Assembly: GCA_963665325.3 (NCBI GenBank)
Contig: OZ224045.1
Coordinates: 1,216,001 to 1,280,000 of the forward strand
DNA from: Alphaproteobacteria bacterium
GTDB taxonomy: Bacteria; Pseudomonadota; Alphaproteobacteria; Bin95
Direction: 5' to 3'
DNA length: 64,000 bases
Position numbers and translations under genes: made by a program. Numbering within the stretch: position 1 is the stretch's first letter; every line of letters starts with the position of its first letter. Under the pieces are notes generated by a model. That model was not told the DNA's origin and made no database searches. It saw only the letters and a list, made by a program, of their open reading frames with translations. Positions 40,980-52,192 of this stretch are shown one piece after another.

Positions 40980-42104
40980 ATGACTTCGGGAGAGAACGAG
41001 CGGGAGAAGGCGTCCCCGCCGGACGGCGCCGACGACGGCATGAATCTGCTGATCGGCTGGCGCGCCGGCAAGGGGGAGACGGCTGGCGCACCGGCGGCCG
41101 ACCGCAGTGCCGGAGAAGCCGCGGAACCCGGCACGGAGGCCGCCGCCGTTCCGGTTCCCGCTCCTGCCGCGACGCTGGCGGACCTCGCCGCCGGCCAGCG
41201 GCGTATCATGGTCCTGCTGGAGGAACTGTCCGCGAAGCCTGACGCGGCGGCGACCGGCGATGCCGGGACGGACCTGGAGGAGGCGGCTTCGGCGATCCAG
41301 GCGGCGACGGAGTGGGCGAACGATATCCGGACAGCGATGGACAGCCTGCTGATCACGGCGGGCAAGTCGATCCGGGATCTGAACGAGGTGGAGAAGGGCC
41401 TCGGCGGTGAGGTGGCGGCGCTGAAGACCCGGGAGCAAGGGTTCGACAAACAGATCGAGCTTCTGGCGGGCGGCGCCCGGACGCTCGGCACGCGCCTGCG
41501 GCAGCTGGACGAAGCGCGGCAGAAGCTGGACGAGCGTTCTGCCGAACTCCAGACGGCGAAGCAGGAGATCGTCAAGTACTACGGTGAGTGGACCGCCGCT
41601 GCACTGGCCTACCGGCAGCAGATGGCGGTGCTGACGAAGCGTCTCGACGAGGGCGAGAACCTCGTGGCGCGGGTGGAGAAGGCGATCGGCCCCTGGACCG
41701 AGCGGATCGAGACAAGCCTCGACGAGAACGTGAAGGCGCAGGAGCTGGCTACGATACTGATCTCCGGCAATGTGGAGCGGCTGACCACGAGCGGCGACGC
41801 TTTCCTGGAGAAGTTCGGCACAGCGTGGCAGGGGGCGCTGGAGGATTTCAGGGCGGAGTGGCGGCGCACGCGGCGCTGGGCCGTGCCGGTCCTGGCGGCG
41901 GTGCTGGTTCTGATGCTGCCGGTCCTGCCGGTCATGGGAGCGCTCGGCCAGAGCCAGTTCGGCATCTTCGCGCCGCATGACGACACGGAAGGCTGGAAGC
42001 GGTTTGTCTGGAAGCGCCATGGCGATGCCCTGAAGGAATGCGTGGCCAAGGCAGCCGGATCCAGGCAACCGGTCTCGTGCCGCCTTGAGGTCGTCTGGCC
42101 ATGA
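40980..42104 (+). CDS. Relaxase-associated coiled-coil protein with C-terminal TM helix
   Basis: Long heptad region, then WRRTRRW-AVPVLAAVLVLMLPVLPVMGALG; directly upstream of the relaxase. Confidence 0.7.
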   Translation: MTSGENEREKASPPDGADDGMNLLIGWRAGKGETAGAPAADRSAGEAAEPGTEAAAVPVPAPAATLADLAAGQRRIMVLLEELSAKPDAAATGDAGTDLEEAASAIQAATEWANDIRTAMDSLLITAGKSIRDLNEVEKGLGGEVAALKTREQGFDKQIELLAGGARTLGTRLRQLDEARQKLDERSAELQTAKQEIVKYYGEWTAAALAYRQQMAVLTKRLDEGENLVARVEKAIGPWTERIETSLDENVKAQELATILISGNVERLTTSGDAFLEKFGTAWQGALEDFRAEWRRTRRWAVPVLAAVLVLMLPVLPVMGALGQSQFGIFAPHDDTEGWKRFVWKRHGDALKECVAKAAGSRQPVSCRLEVVWP

Positions 42105-42155
42105 GCGATATCCGACCGGGCGCCGGGTCGTGATCCAGCGAGGCTGAGGGGACGC

Positions 42156-45100
42156 ATGGTCGCGAACTTGACCGATCTCACCTCGACCACGATGACGGTC
42201 GAATATTTCTCGCAGGAGGGCTATTACGCGAAGAACGATCCGCGGCAACGCCGGGCGAGCTTCTGGCACGGGGCGGCGGCGGCGGCGCTCGGCATGGCGA
42301 AGCATGTCTCGCCGCGGGCGTTCGAGCGCATCCTGCTGGGTTATGTGCCCGGCACGGATATCCGCCTCGGCCGGGTGCGTGACGGAGAACACCAGCACCG
42401 GCCCGGCTTCGACCTCACGCTTTCGGCGCCGAAGACGGTCTCGCTGGAAGCGCTGCTCTACGGCGACCGGCGTGTGCTGGGCGCGCACGATGCGGCGGTG
42501 AAGGCGACCCTCGACTGGCTGGAGAGGGACCTGCTGCAGACGCGGTCCTACGATCCCGTGACCCGGCAGCGTCCGCGCGTGGCGGCCAACGGGCTGGTGG
42601 CGGCCGGGTTCCGGCACCTGACGAGCCGTGACGAGGACCCGCAACTGCACACGCACTGCATCATCGCCAACATGACCCGCAACCGGGCGGGCGAGTGGCG
42701 GAGCATCGAGCCGACGGAGATCCGGCGCAATGTGCGGCTGATCGGGGCGGTCTACCGTCAGGAGCTGGCGCAGCGCCTGCTGGCGCTCGGGTTCGCGATC
42801 GAGGCGACGATGATCGGCGGGGTGCCGGGGTTCGAGATCGCGGGCTACGGGCGCGGGTTCGTGGACGCGTTCTCGTCGCGGCGCCGCGAGATCCTGGCGT
42901 GGCTGGACAAGCACGGCCTGCCCTGGAGCGCGGCCTTGACGCAGCAGGCGGCGCTGATCACGCGCAAGAAGAAGACTGACAAGGATGTCGACGAGCTGCA
43001 GGCGGAGTGGAAGGCGCGCGCCGAACGGCTCGGGCTTGCCCGCGACCGCAGCATCGCGAAGCCGGGTCTCCGGCGCAGCACGACCGTATCGCGGAAGACG
43101 GCGCGCAAGGCGGGCCGGCCCTATGTGCGCACGGCGGAGGAGTTGCGGCCGGAGCTGCCGGGACTGAGCGCGCGGGAAGTGACCTGGCGTGCAGTGGAGC
43201 ATCTGGCGGAGCGCGCCTCGGTGATCCGGGAGCGCGAGATCAGGGCGATCGCCCTCGGCCATGCGCCGGGCCGGCACGGGCTCGAAGACATAGACGCGGC
43301 AGTGGCAGGGCTGATCGGGGACGGCCATCTCGTGGAAGCGGAGGTTCGGGGCGGGCGCTCGTTCGTGACCTCGGAGGCGCTCGGCCTGGAGCGTGGGATC
43401 ATGGCTCACAAGCGCCAGGCCCTGGGCGCCTCGCAGCCGCTGGCGGAGGAGAGGAGCGTCTCGGAGCGGCTTGCCGAAACGCCGCTGACCGAGGGGCAGA
43501 AGGAGGCGGTGCGCACGATCCTGCTGTCGCATGACGGGATCGTGGCGGTGCAGGGCGCAGCCGGCACCGGCAAGACGACGATGCTCAAGGAGGCGCTGGG
43601 GCTGCTGGGCGAGCGCAAGGCGGTCCTGCTGGCGCCGTCGGCGGCCGCCGCCCGGGTGCTGCGGGAGGAGACCGGCGCGGCGGCGCGGACGCTGCAATGG
43701 TTCCTCACCCGCCATGGAGACCTGGGCAACGCGACGCGCGTGGCGCGGGACCGGCAGGAGTACGAGGGCTCGGTGCTGGTGCTGGACGAGGCGTCGATGG
43801 TCTCGACGGCGGAGATGGAGCTGCTCATGCGGATCGCGGAGCGGTTCCGCGTCGAACGGCTGGTGCTGGTGGGCGACCGGAGGCAGCTCCGCGCCGCGAG
43901 TGCCGGCGAGCCGTTCCGGGCGCTGCAGGAGGCGGGCGTGGCGACGGCGGAGATGAAGGAGATTTTGCGCCAGCGCGACCCGGCGCTGAGGGCCGCGGTC
44001 GAGCATCTGAAGGAAGGCCGCGCCCGCGAGGCGCTGCAAGGGCTCGAGCATGTCCACCAGGCGCCGCAGCAGGAGTTGGGCGCGGAGGCGGCCCGGCTCT
44101 GGCTGGCGCTGAACCCGGAGGAGCGCGCGCGGACGGCGATCCTGGCGCCGACGCATTTCATCCGGGCGGAGATCCACCGGGTCGTGCGGGACGGGCTCGC
44201 GCGCGAGGGCGTGCTGCACGGGCGGGAACTGGAACTCGAGCGCTATGTGAACCGCCACCTGACGGCGGCGCAGCGTGCAGACGTGCTCAATCACGAGCCG
44301 GGCGACATCGTGCTGTTCCACTCCCGCGTGGCGCCGCTGCGGGTCGAGAAAGGCGATGCCTGCCGGGTAATGCGTGCCGAGGGCGAGTTCGTCTTCCTGG
44401 AGCACCCGACAGGACGGACGGTGCGCATCCGGCCGGGCGACAAGTGGGTGCGCTTCCGGTTCGGGCTTTACGAGACGGCGCGCATCCGCATCCGGGCGGG
44501 TGACCGCATCCGCTGGACGATGAACGACAAGCGGCGCGGCCTTGTAAACGGCGGCGACGCGGTGGTGCGGGAGATCGGACCGCGCCGGGTGCGGTTCGAC
44601 CTCGGAGACGGCAAGACCCTGTCGCTGGCCCGCGACGACCCGCAGCTCCGTCATATCGACCATGCCTGGAGCACGACCGTGCATGCGGCGCAGGGCATGA
44701 CCCGCGACGCCGCGGTCGGGGTGCTCGACACGGGCCACGCGGCGTTGACCGGTCAGGCGGGCCTCTACGTGGAGGCGAGCCGGGCCAGGGACCGGTTCGT
44801 GCTGGTGACGGACAATCGAGAGCGTCTTGAGGAAGTGCTGGAAGCGAATGACGGCTCGCGCATGACGGCGCTGGAGGCGGTGGGTGAAGGGGAGGACCCG
44901 CCGCCCGCCGCGCCTGCCGCAGCGCTTACCATGCTGCGCGGGCTGGAGGCGGAGTGGCGCGCCCTCGTCGCCCGGGCGGAGACGCAAGGCAGCGATCTCA
45001 CCCGCATGGAGGGCTATGCCCGCATCGTCACCGGCACGGCGATGCTGGCGGAGGACGTGGAGCTTCCGGCGGACCTGCGGGCGTTCGTGGAGGAGGTCCG

Positions 45101-47375
45101 CAGGAGGGACGCGCAGACAATCGCGGAGCGGCGGCAAGGGTTCACGTTCCTGCGCCGGGCGGAGAGGCACTGCCGCGACTGGCCGCTGCTGAAATGGGCG
45201 GCGGCGAAGCGCGGACGGCCGCTCGGCGCGCTTCCGGAGCATACGGCCTGGCTGGCGGAAGCCGAGACGCTGGCCGGGACCGGCCGGGAGCTTCAAAAGG
45301 GCAGCGGCCAGAGTATCGCCGCCAGGATCGGTGCTGCGCTCCGGCGCCTGGTGAGGACCCGGGACGTCGACGAGGCGGAGCGGTTCCGGGAGGCCGTTGC
45401 ACGGCACGAGACGGAAGCACGGGCGGCAGGCCTCGATCCCCGGGCCATGACCGGCGCCGAGGTGCTTGCCGAATGGGCGCAGCAGCTCCAGGGACGCGAA
45501 ATACCGGAGACCGCACGCCCGGAGGTTGAGGCGTGGTGCGCGCAGGAGGCTGCCCCCGAGCCCGACAAGCGCCAGGCGCCGGCTCCCGATGACGGCGAGG
45601 CGGCGCGCGGGGTAGAGGCATTCCTCCGGACATGCAGGGAGCACCTTGCGGGCGCCGATCCGGTGGCAGTGGAGACATCCGGTGAGGACGGTGCATCGAC
45701 GAGGGAACCCGACCCCTGGGCTGCGCGGGCCGATGCGCTCATGGCCGAGGGTCTGGTCATGCTCGGCGATGCGCCGGGCGCGAAGCTCGACGATCCTCTC
45801 CGGGTCCGGCTTGCGCGCATCGAGACCGAACGCGGGCAGGTCCGCAAGGCCGTGGAGGCGCTTCGGGACGAGGCCCTGCGCCGCCGCGAGCGGGCGTTCA
45901 TGGCGCTCGGCAGGACCATGAATCGACAACGCCGGGCGTCCGGCTCCGACCTGACCGACCTGCCGTCATGGGCGCTGCTCCGGGACCGAGCGGAAGACCT
46001 CCGGGGCGAGGCAGGGCTCGCGCCGGGGGCGGAGCGCGCAGTCCGCCAGGTTCTTGACCGCGATGTCCGCGCGAAGGCCGAGACCGAACCGGTGATGTCG
46101 TTCCTGAAGGCAGGCGAAGAGCATGAGCGCCGGCGGGAGGGTCTGGAGGAGAGAGCCCGTGAGCGAGGGGCGGCGCCGTTTGCGCTGGAGCAGACGCCGG
46201 TCTGGCGGGAAGCCTCCCGGGATATCCGCACGACCGCCCGGCGCCTGCTGGGCGAGGCCGGGGGCAGTGCGGCGGAGGCGCGGGCCGCGGCCCGTCTTGC
46301 ACACATGCCCCGACTCAGGGCGCAGGTGGAGGAGACGCTGGACCGGCTGGAGGCTCTCGAAGCGCAGGACCGGGGAGATGCATTCGAGGCCAGGGCGGAC
46401 CGTGTGGAGGCGCTCGCCCGCGAGCAGGACACGCTGGCGCTTCACGTGGAGGGATATGAAAGCACGACCGCGCTCGCGGAGAAGCTGTCGGAACAGGAGG
46501 CCCTGCCGCATGCGGCCCGGCAACGGGCGTGGGAGTGGCTCGCCCGCGATCGCCAGTGGACCGGGGACCTGGAGTCGGTCGCCGGGCTCGCCGGCGGGTT
46601 TGGACAATCGGCCGATCCGGCCGCGCAACGCATGGCCGCCGGCCGGCCGGCCGTGGCGGAGGCCATCCGCCGCGAGAGGGAGCGGCTTGCGCACGTGCCG
46701 GAACCCGCACACTGGCTCCGCTGGACCGGGGAGGAGCCGCTCGTTCCGGGCGACCGGGTCCGCATCGGCGACGACATAATGGAGATCATTGTCGTTTCCG
46801 CAGGAGCGGCCGGCGGCATGCGCCCGGACGACACGCTACAGGTGCGGATGCTCGATACCACGGGTCCGGACGAACCGGCCCGGCTTGGGGTGGTCATCCC
46901 CGAAACGGCCGAGTCCCTCGTCAGGATCGGCTGCGCTCGCGCCGTCTGGTCCGACGAAGGGCTTCGGGCGCTAGAGCTGGCCCGGCACCGGTCCGTGCCG
47001 TCGTCGCTCTGCCGGCTGGCTTGCGACGGACCGGTCCCGGGCGACCGCATTGCCTGGACCGAGGACGCCGGCGAAGGCCGGATCCGCACGGTCGAGGCGA
47101 AAATCGCGGCGCGCGTCGACGACATCCTCTACGGCAGCCCTAGGTTCCGGCTCGAAGTCGTCGAGGCCTCCGGCTTCGATGCGCCCGAGCCGGGAAGCAG
47201 CATCGAGAGGACAGCCGCCATCGTCACCGCACGCGGCTGCTTCCGGGCCGAATGGGCCGACGAGCCCCGCCGCGCACGCATCTTGAACCCGCCGAAGCCG
47301 GTCCAGACGCCCCGGCAGGAGCAGACGCAGAGGCGCCCGGTCGACCGGTCCGAAGGCGGCGGGATATCCGCGTGA
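42156..47375 (+). CDS. trwC: MobF/TrwC-family relaxase-helicase, 1739 aa, intact
   Basis: YFSQEGYYA, FDLTLSAPK, RHLTSRDEDPQLHTH, GAAGTGKT, LDEASM, DHAWSTTVHAAQG and YVEASRAR; long C-terminal extension. Confidence 0.93.
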   Translation: MVANLTDLTSTTMTVEYFSQEGYYAKNDPRQRRASFWHGAAAAALGMAKHVSPRAFERILLGYVPGTDIRLGRVRDGEHQHRPGFDLTLSAPKTVSLEALLYGDRRVLGAHDAAVKATLDWLERDLLQTRSYDPVTRQRPRVAANGLVAAGFRHLTSRDEDPQLHTHCIIANMTRNRAGEWRSIEPTEIRRNVRLIGAVYRQELAQRLLALGFAIEATMIGGVPGFEIAGYGRGFVDAFSSRRREILAWLDKHGLPWSAALTQQAALITRKKKTDKDVDELQAEWKARAERLGLARDRSIAKPGLRRSTTVSRKTARKAGRPYVRTAEELRPELPGLSAREVTWRAVEHLAERASVIREREIRAIALGHAPGRHGLEDIDAAVAGLIGDGHLVEAEVRGGRSFVTSEALGLERGIMAHKRQALGASQPLAEERSVSERLAETPLTEGQKEAVRTILLSHDGIVAVQGAAGTGKTTMLKEALGLLGERKAVLLAPSAAAARVLREETGAAARTLQWFLTRHGDLGNATRVARDRQEYEGSVLVLDEASMVSTAEMELLMRIAERFRVERLVLVGDRRQLRAASAGEPFRALQEAGVATAEMKEILRQRDPALRAAVEHLKEGRAREALQGLEHVHQAPQQELGAEAARLWLALNPEERARTAILAPTHFIRAEIHRVVRDGLAREGVLHGRELELERYVNRHLTAAQRADVLNHEPGDIVLFHSRVAPLRVEKGDACRVMRAEGEFVFLEHPTGRTVRIRPGDKWVRFRFGLYETARIRIRAGDRIRWTMNDKRRGLVNGGDAVVREIGPRRVRFDLGDGKTLSLARDDPQLRHIDHAWSTTVHAAQGMTRDAAVGVLDTGHAALTGQAGLYVEASRARDRFVLVTDNRERLEEVLEANDGSRMTALEAVGEGEDPPPAAPAAALTMLRGLEAEWRALVARAETQGSDLTRMEGYARIVTGTAMLAEDVELPADLRAFVEEVRRRDAQTIAERRQGFTFLRRAERHCRDWPLLKWAAAKRGRPLGALPEHTAWLAEAETLAGTGRELQKGSGQSIAARIGAALRRLVRTRDVDEAERFREAVARHETEARAAGLDPRAMTGAEVLAEWAQQLQGREIPETARPEVEAWCAQEAAPEPDKRQAPAPDDGEAARGVEAFLRTCREHLAGADPVAVETSGEDGASTREPDPWAARADALMAEGLVMLGDAPGAKLDDPLRVRLARIETERGQVRKAVEALRDEALRRRERAFMALGRTMNRQRRASGSDLTDLPSWALLRDRAEDLRGEAGLAPGAERAVRQVLDRDVRAKAETEPVMSFLKAGEEHERRREGLEERARERGAAPFALEQTPVWREASRDIRTTARRLLGEAGGSAAEARAAARLAHMPRLRAQVEETLDRLEALEAQDRGDAFEARADRVEALAREQDTLALHVEGYESTTALAEKLSEQEALPHAARQRAWEWLARDRQWTGDLESVAGLAGGFGQSADPAAQRMAAGRPAVAEAIRRERERLAHVPEPAHWLRWTGEEPLVPGDRVRIGDDIMEIIVVSAGAAGGMRPDDTLQVRMLDTTGPDEPARLGVVIPETAESLVRIGCARAVWSDEGLRALELARHRSVPSSLCRLACDGPVPGDRIAWTEDAGEGRIRTVEAKIAARVDDILYGSPRFRLEVVEASGFDAPEPGSSIERTAAIVTARGCFRAEWADEPRRARILNPPKPVQTPRQEQTQRRPVDRSEGGGISA

Positions 47376-47481
47376 AACCGCTTGGCCCGGACATTTTCTG
47401 CCGGACAATCGGGCCGTACACTGATCGGATGCGTCGTCACGGAAACGCTAGAGGAATACGCCGTTGGATCACCGGATCTAC

Positions 47482-47913
47482 ATGAGGATCGATCTTGAGA
47501 AATGGGTCTACGGGACGATCGACAGACATCGGCACGGCCTGTCATGGCCACAAGCCTGGATCGCGACATACCGGAGCCTTGGAGGCAGGTCGGACACCGT
47601 TGGCGCGAAGAGTTGCCCGAAGAGGGCTGCGGAAACGCTCTACCGGTTCGGACGGCTCAGGGATGCCGGCGTGCCCTGGTCGGACTGCGACATACCCGAA
47701 CTGTGGCATCGGAACCCGAACGGCGCCTATGCCCTGATTGCCGCGCGACTGCTGAGTGTGAATCCCGACCTCGGCAATGCCGCGCTCTGGCGGGAGGTCC
47801 GCGAGACCGCCCGGCGCGAGATCGGCGGCAAGTCGGCCGGTTCCGACGGGGGCGCTGCGACGGTGACCCTCAAACTCTGGCGCCTCGGTCTGGTCCTAGA
47901 CGGAAGAACGTAG
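47482..47913 (+). CDS. Hypothetical protein (DUF6979-like)
   Basis: WPQAW...KSCPK...NGAYA...LW...LKLWRLGLV pattern; upstream of the NACHT gene. Confidence 0.45.
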   Translation: MRIDLEKWVYGTIDRHRHGLSWPQAWIATYRSLGGRSDTVGAKSCPKRAAETLYRFGRLRDAGVPWSDCDIPELWHRNPNGAYALIAARLLSVNPDLGNAALWREVRETARREIGGKSAGSDGGAATVTLKLWRLGLVLDGRT

Positions 47914-48061
47914 AAGTCCTGCTCTTTCCAAACCAGGGCCCGGATTGTGTTCGTAGCAAAGACGGCAACGATTTCTGCTGCCACTTGCACGACCGAATCG
48001 GGATATCGATACAGATCGAGGACACGATCACGTCCGAAGCCGTGGCGTAAAGTGTAAAGCG

Positions 48062-51000
48062 ATGCCGGCCAGGATCGAGCGAACTCTCACCCGCGAGCAG
48101 CAGGAAGGCGGGCAGTCCATCGCCCGACAGGACGGGATACTCTCGTTCACCGAGCCGGTCGTGATCCTTGGCGATCCCGGACTGGGAAAAACCGTGCTCA
48201 CCCAATGGCTCGGCGAGCAGCCCGGCATGAAATATGTCAGGGCCGGCACGTTCGTGCGCAAGGTTAATCCCGTCACTCCGGTCACCGGAGCCGAGCGCGT
48301 TGTCGTCGACGGCCTCGACGAAATCGCTTCCGCGGCGCCGGGAGGCGCAGTCGATGATGTGCTGAGACAACTATCGGCCGTGGGCAACCCGCCCTTCGTC
48401 CTTTCCTGCCGCGAGGCCGATTGGCTGGGCGCCGCCTACCGGGTAAAGATCGAGGACGAGTATGGCGTGGCGCCGGTGCTGCTTCATCTGCGGTCCTTCA
48501 CGGAGGACGACGCCCGCCTCTTCCTTTCGGAGGAATTTCCGGAGATCGACTCCACCGGCGTGCTGAAGCATCTGGCGCGCTGCGGGATCGAATCCCTGTA
48601 CGAGAACCCTCTCACGCTGCGAATGCTCGGCGAGGTGGCACAGAACGATGGACCTCTCCCGGAGACCCGCGCTCAACTGTTCGACCGCGCCTGCCGGGTC
48701 ATGCTCAAGGAGGTCAATCCGCACCACCACAGGGATTCCCATGCTCACAGGAGCGAAGAGGAACTGTTGCTGGCGGCCGGCGCGATATGCGCGGCGCAAC
48801 TGTTGTGCGGCCGGGTCGGGATTTTCACCGGTCCGTACATGGAGACGCCGGAGGGATACCTCCACGTGGAGGACATTGCCGGGCTTCCGCTTGCCCGGGC
48901 GGCGAACGACGCGCTCAGGGTCCGTCTCTTCCAGTCCGAAGGCGAAAGCCGTTTCACTCACATCCATCGCGTGATCGCGGAATTTCTCGGAGCCAGATGG
49001 CTCGCTCGCCGTTTCGAAGCCGATGTTTCGGAGAAGAGGATTCTCGGGCTGTTCCGGCACGGCGAAGGCATACCGACCTCACTGCGCGGGCTGCACGCAT
49101 GGATGGCGCATTTCAATGAGGTGCTGGCCCGACGCTGCATCGAGGCCGACCCCTACGCCGTCCTGCGGTACGGCGACGCGGAGACCCTGAGCCTCGATCT
49201 GGCACGGTCCCTGCTCACTGCTCTGACGAAGCTGTCCGATGAAAATCCGTATTTCCGGTCCGAGGACTGGGGTCGCCATCCCGTATCCGGTCTGCTGCGT
49301 ACCGAACTCAAGGGCGATATCCGCGCCATCGTCGAACCTTCCCGCAGCCACATACAACTGACGAACCTGCTGCTCGAAGCCATGGCCGGGACACCTCTCG
49401 CCGAGGCGCTGGCGGACACGCTGGACTCGATCATGTTCGACGGACGGCGCAATGTCGAGGAGCGATCCGCAGCGGCCCGAGCACTGTACGCCGCCAGCGT
49501 CCGCAACGACCGGGAAGCCGTCATCCAGCGCCTTCTTGAAATGAACGATCCGGATTCGGCGCAGGTCGCGTTCGAGATACTCCGACGAATCGGCTTGTCC
49601 GGCGTTCCCGGGCGCACCTCGATCAACACGGTATTGGCCTATCTCGGGATTCCACCGAACCTGAAGCCGCGGGTACTCAGATATGTGCCGGACAATCTCT
49701 TCAGCGAACTCGACGCCGGGCGTCTCGCGTCATGGCTGGATTGCCTGGTCGAAACCGCACGACCCCTGATGGACAAGGCCGATTTCGAGGCGGACTGGTA
49801 TGTCGCAAGACTGGTGAGACGCCTCGTCGTCATGGTCCTCGAGGCCGATCCCGTCGTCAGGCCCGAACGCGTGTGGGCGTGGATCGAATGGCTGGACCGG
49901 CGCCGGGGATATAGCGGCGACATCAACAAGCGGCTGATCGCGATACTTCGCGAGAACAGGGCTCTCCGGGCGGGCATTCTCGAGCATGTGCTGCTCACCC
50001 AATGCGCCGAGAATACCTGGATGGCCGGTCGTCGTCTCTTCGACACGGGCTTCGAATTGTACCCCACGGCTGACGACCTCGCCGGAGTGTTGAGAGCCCT
50101 GCACGCCCGAACGGGCGGCGCCAGAATCGATCGGGAGACCTGGCGAGGCATCCTGCTGCACGGACGAACGGCCGACGGCCTGCCGGTTTCCATCCGAAGT
50201 GCTGCCGTCGAGGTGGCCGGCGGCGACGAGGACCTGCTGTCCATGATTGACGAAATCTCGGAGCGCCCGGCAGCAGAGTGGGAAGCCAGACAGGCTCAAT
50301 GGGAGGCGAAAAACGAGGCTCGCCGGCAGGCGGTCTATCGGGCCCATCGCCAACGGCTTGCTGAGAACGCCGACGCGGTTGCGGCCGGCGACGTTCATGT
50401 TCTCGAACTCCCCGCCGCCGTTTATCTTGGCAGGACGGTGGCACTTGACGGGCATTTTCACTTCGACGCCGAGGTGCCTCCCACGGAGCGCCTGCGCGCC
50501 TTCCTCGGCGATGAGCTGGCCGACCGGGCGATGTCAGGCTTCGTGGCCGTCCTCGGCCGCAACGATCTTCCAAGCGCGTCCGTGATTGCCGAGGCTCATT
50601 GCGAGAACGACTACTGCGTTGCCGAGACGGCGATAATCGCAGGTATCGCCGAAATACTCCGCTCCGGCCGCCCTCTCGCAGGGGTCGACCGGGCCGTGCT
50701 GGCGGCTGCCTACATGACGTGGCAACGCAGGTTCGGACTCGATGCTCCGGATCTGCGTTCCATCGGTCCGGAATTGGAGGCGGCGCTGTTCAGCAGCGAC
50801 TCGGACCGGGACAACCACTTCCGAATGAGCATCGAGCCTCAACTGGACCACAACCGCAGCCATCCCGCTGAGCTTCATCGGCTGACGCATGAACCCTGCT
50901 TCTCCGCTTTGGCCGGCCGCCTGTCCATCGACTGGCTGCGCTGCTACCCCGCGCTGAACCTGCATGTCCAGACCGAATTGTTGACCTGTGCGCTCAGGAA

Positions 51001-52075
51001 CACGCCGCGCGACCAGGTGCGTGAACTGATCTTCGACCTCCGGGACCGCCCCCACCCTGACCATGCGATCCATCTGCTGTGGCTGTCCGCGGACTATGTC
51101 ATCGACCTGGAAGACCGCAGGCCCGCGCTCGCGGCCGCAGCAGCGGAACATCCGGAGTTCATCTGGATCGTTCGGGACCGCATCGCGCCGGAAAGCGGCC
51201 AACGCTTCGACCGGTTTTCGCTTCAACATCTCGTGTTTGTCGTGGAGGCGTTTGGCGCACAATGGCGGAATGTCGGGAGGCCCTCTGGCGTCACGATGGG
51301 CGATTGCAACCCGTCGGACGCCAGCGAGTTCATCCGGCGCACCATCAATGCAATCGCAAGCCGACCGGAACCCGAGGCAACCGTCGCATTGCAGGATCTG
51401 ATCGCCGATCACGCTCCCAGCTATGCCGGTGAGATGAAACTCGCGCTTGCACTGCAACTGAAAGGCCGCCGCGACCATGAATATTCTCCGCCCACTGTCG
51501 GCGAATTGCGCTCGGCGGTAACGGACGGCCTGCCGGAGACCGTCGACCAGATGCGGGCCTACTTTGCCGACTGCATCGAGGAACTCCAGAGACGCATTCG
51601 CGGCAGCAACATCGACATGTGGGAACCTTATTGGGTCGACGACCGACCCAGAGACGAGAACTTCTGCCGCAATCGCATGATCGAGCAAATTTCCGGACGG
51701 TTACCGCCATCGATTCGGTTCGAGCCGGAAATGCACATGCCCAGACAGAAGCGGGCTGATATCGCAGCCATCCGCAACGACGTTGGGCTGCCGGTCGAGA
51801 TCAAGGGTCAATGGCATCGGGAAGTATGGAATGCGGCGTGCGATCAACTCGATGCAAATTATGCGGGAGACTGGCGGGCCGACGGGCGAGGCGTCTATAT
51901 CGTACTCTGGTTCGGCGATGCTGTCCGGAAAGACAAACGCTTGCGACCACATCCAGAGGGCCTGAAACGACCGGAGACGCCCGAAGCGCTCCAGCGAATG
52001 CTGGTCGACCGCCTCCCCGAGGAGCGCCGTTTCCGGATCGACGTCTTCGTCGTGGATGTCAGCAAACCCGAATAG
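48062..52075 (+). CDS. NACHT/STAND NTPase with C-terminal PD-(D/E)xK nuclease-like domain
   Basis: Walker A ILGDPGLGKT, Walker B VVDGLDE, LSCREADW, NPLTL and FTHIHRVIAEFLGA; C-terminal KRADI...PVEIKGQWH...QLDANY. Confidence 0.82.
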   Translation: MPARIERTLTREQQEGGQSIARQDGILSFTEPVVILGDPGLGKTVLTQWLGEQPGMKYVRAGTFVRKVNPVTPVTGAERVVVDGLDEIASAAPGGAVDDVLRQLSAVGNPPFVLSCREADWLGAAYRVKIEDEYGVAPVLLHLRSFTEDDARLFLSEEFPEIDSTGVLKHLARCGIESLYENPLTLRMLGEVAQNDGPLPETRAQLFDRACRVMLKEVNPHHHRDSHAHRSEEELLLAAGAICAAQLLCGRVGIFTGPYMETPEGYLHVEDIAGLPLARAANDALRVRLFQSEGESRFTHIHRVIAEFLGARWLARRFEADVSEKRILGLFRHGEGIPTSLRGLHAWMAHFNEVLARRCIEADPYAVLRYGDAETLSLDLARSLLTALTKLSDENPYFRSEDWGRHPVSGLLRTELKGDIRAIVEPSRSHIQLTNLLLEAMAGTPLAEALADTLDSIMFDGRRNVEERSAAARALYAASVRNDREAVIQRLLEMNDPDSAQVAFEILRRIGLSGVPGRTSINTVLAYLGIPPNLKPRVLRYVPDNLFSELDAGRLASWLDCLVETARPLMDKADFEADWYVARLVRRLVVMVLEADPVVRPERVWAWIEWLDRRRGYSGDINKRLIAILRENRALRAGILEHVLLTQCAENTWMAGRRLFDTGFELYPTADDLAGVLRALHARTGGARIDRETWRGILLHGRTADGLPVSIRSAAVEVAGGDEDLLSMIDEISERPAAEWEARQAQWEAKNEARRQAVYRAHRQRLAENADAVAAGDVHVLELPAAVYLGRTVALDGHFHFDAEVPPTERLRAFLGDELADRAMSGFVAVLGRNDLPSASVIAEAHCENDYCVAETAIIAGIAEILRSGRPLAGVDRAVLAAAYMTWQRRFGLDAPDLRSIGPELEAALFSSDSDRDNHFRMSIEPQLDHNRSHPAELHRLTHEPCFSALAGRLSIDWLRCYPALNLHVQTELLTCALRNTPRDQVRELIFDLRDRPHPDHAIHLLWLSADYVIDLEDRRPALAAAAAEHPEFIWIVRDRIAPESGQRFDRFSLQHLVFVVEAFGAQWRNVGRPSGVTMGDCNPSDASEFIRRTINAIASRPEPEATVALQDLIADHAPSYAGEMKLALALQLKGRRDHEYSPPTVGELRSAVTDGLPETVDQMRAYFADCIEELQRRIRGSNIDMWEPYWVDDRPRDENFCRNRMIEQISGRLPPSIRFEPEMHMPRQKRADIAAIRNDVGLPVEIKGQWHREVWNAACDQLDANYAGDWRADGRGVYIVLWFGDAVRKDKRLRPHPEGLKRPETPEALQRMLVDRLPEERRFRIDVFVVDVSKPE

Positions 52076-52192
52076 AACGCCTTCGGGCAGCAGCTTCCTG
52101 CGACTGCGTTCCGATCTCGGTCCCCGATGTCGACAGCAGCCTGCCTTGGCCGGAGCCGACGGGCGTCGGACCGCTCTGTGCCAGACCGCGCT

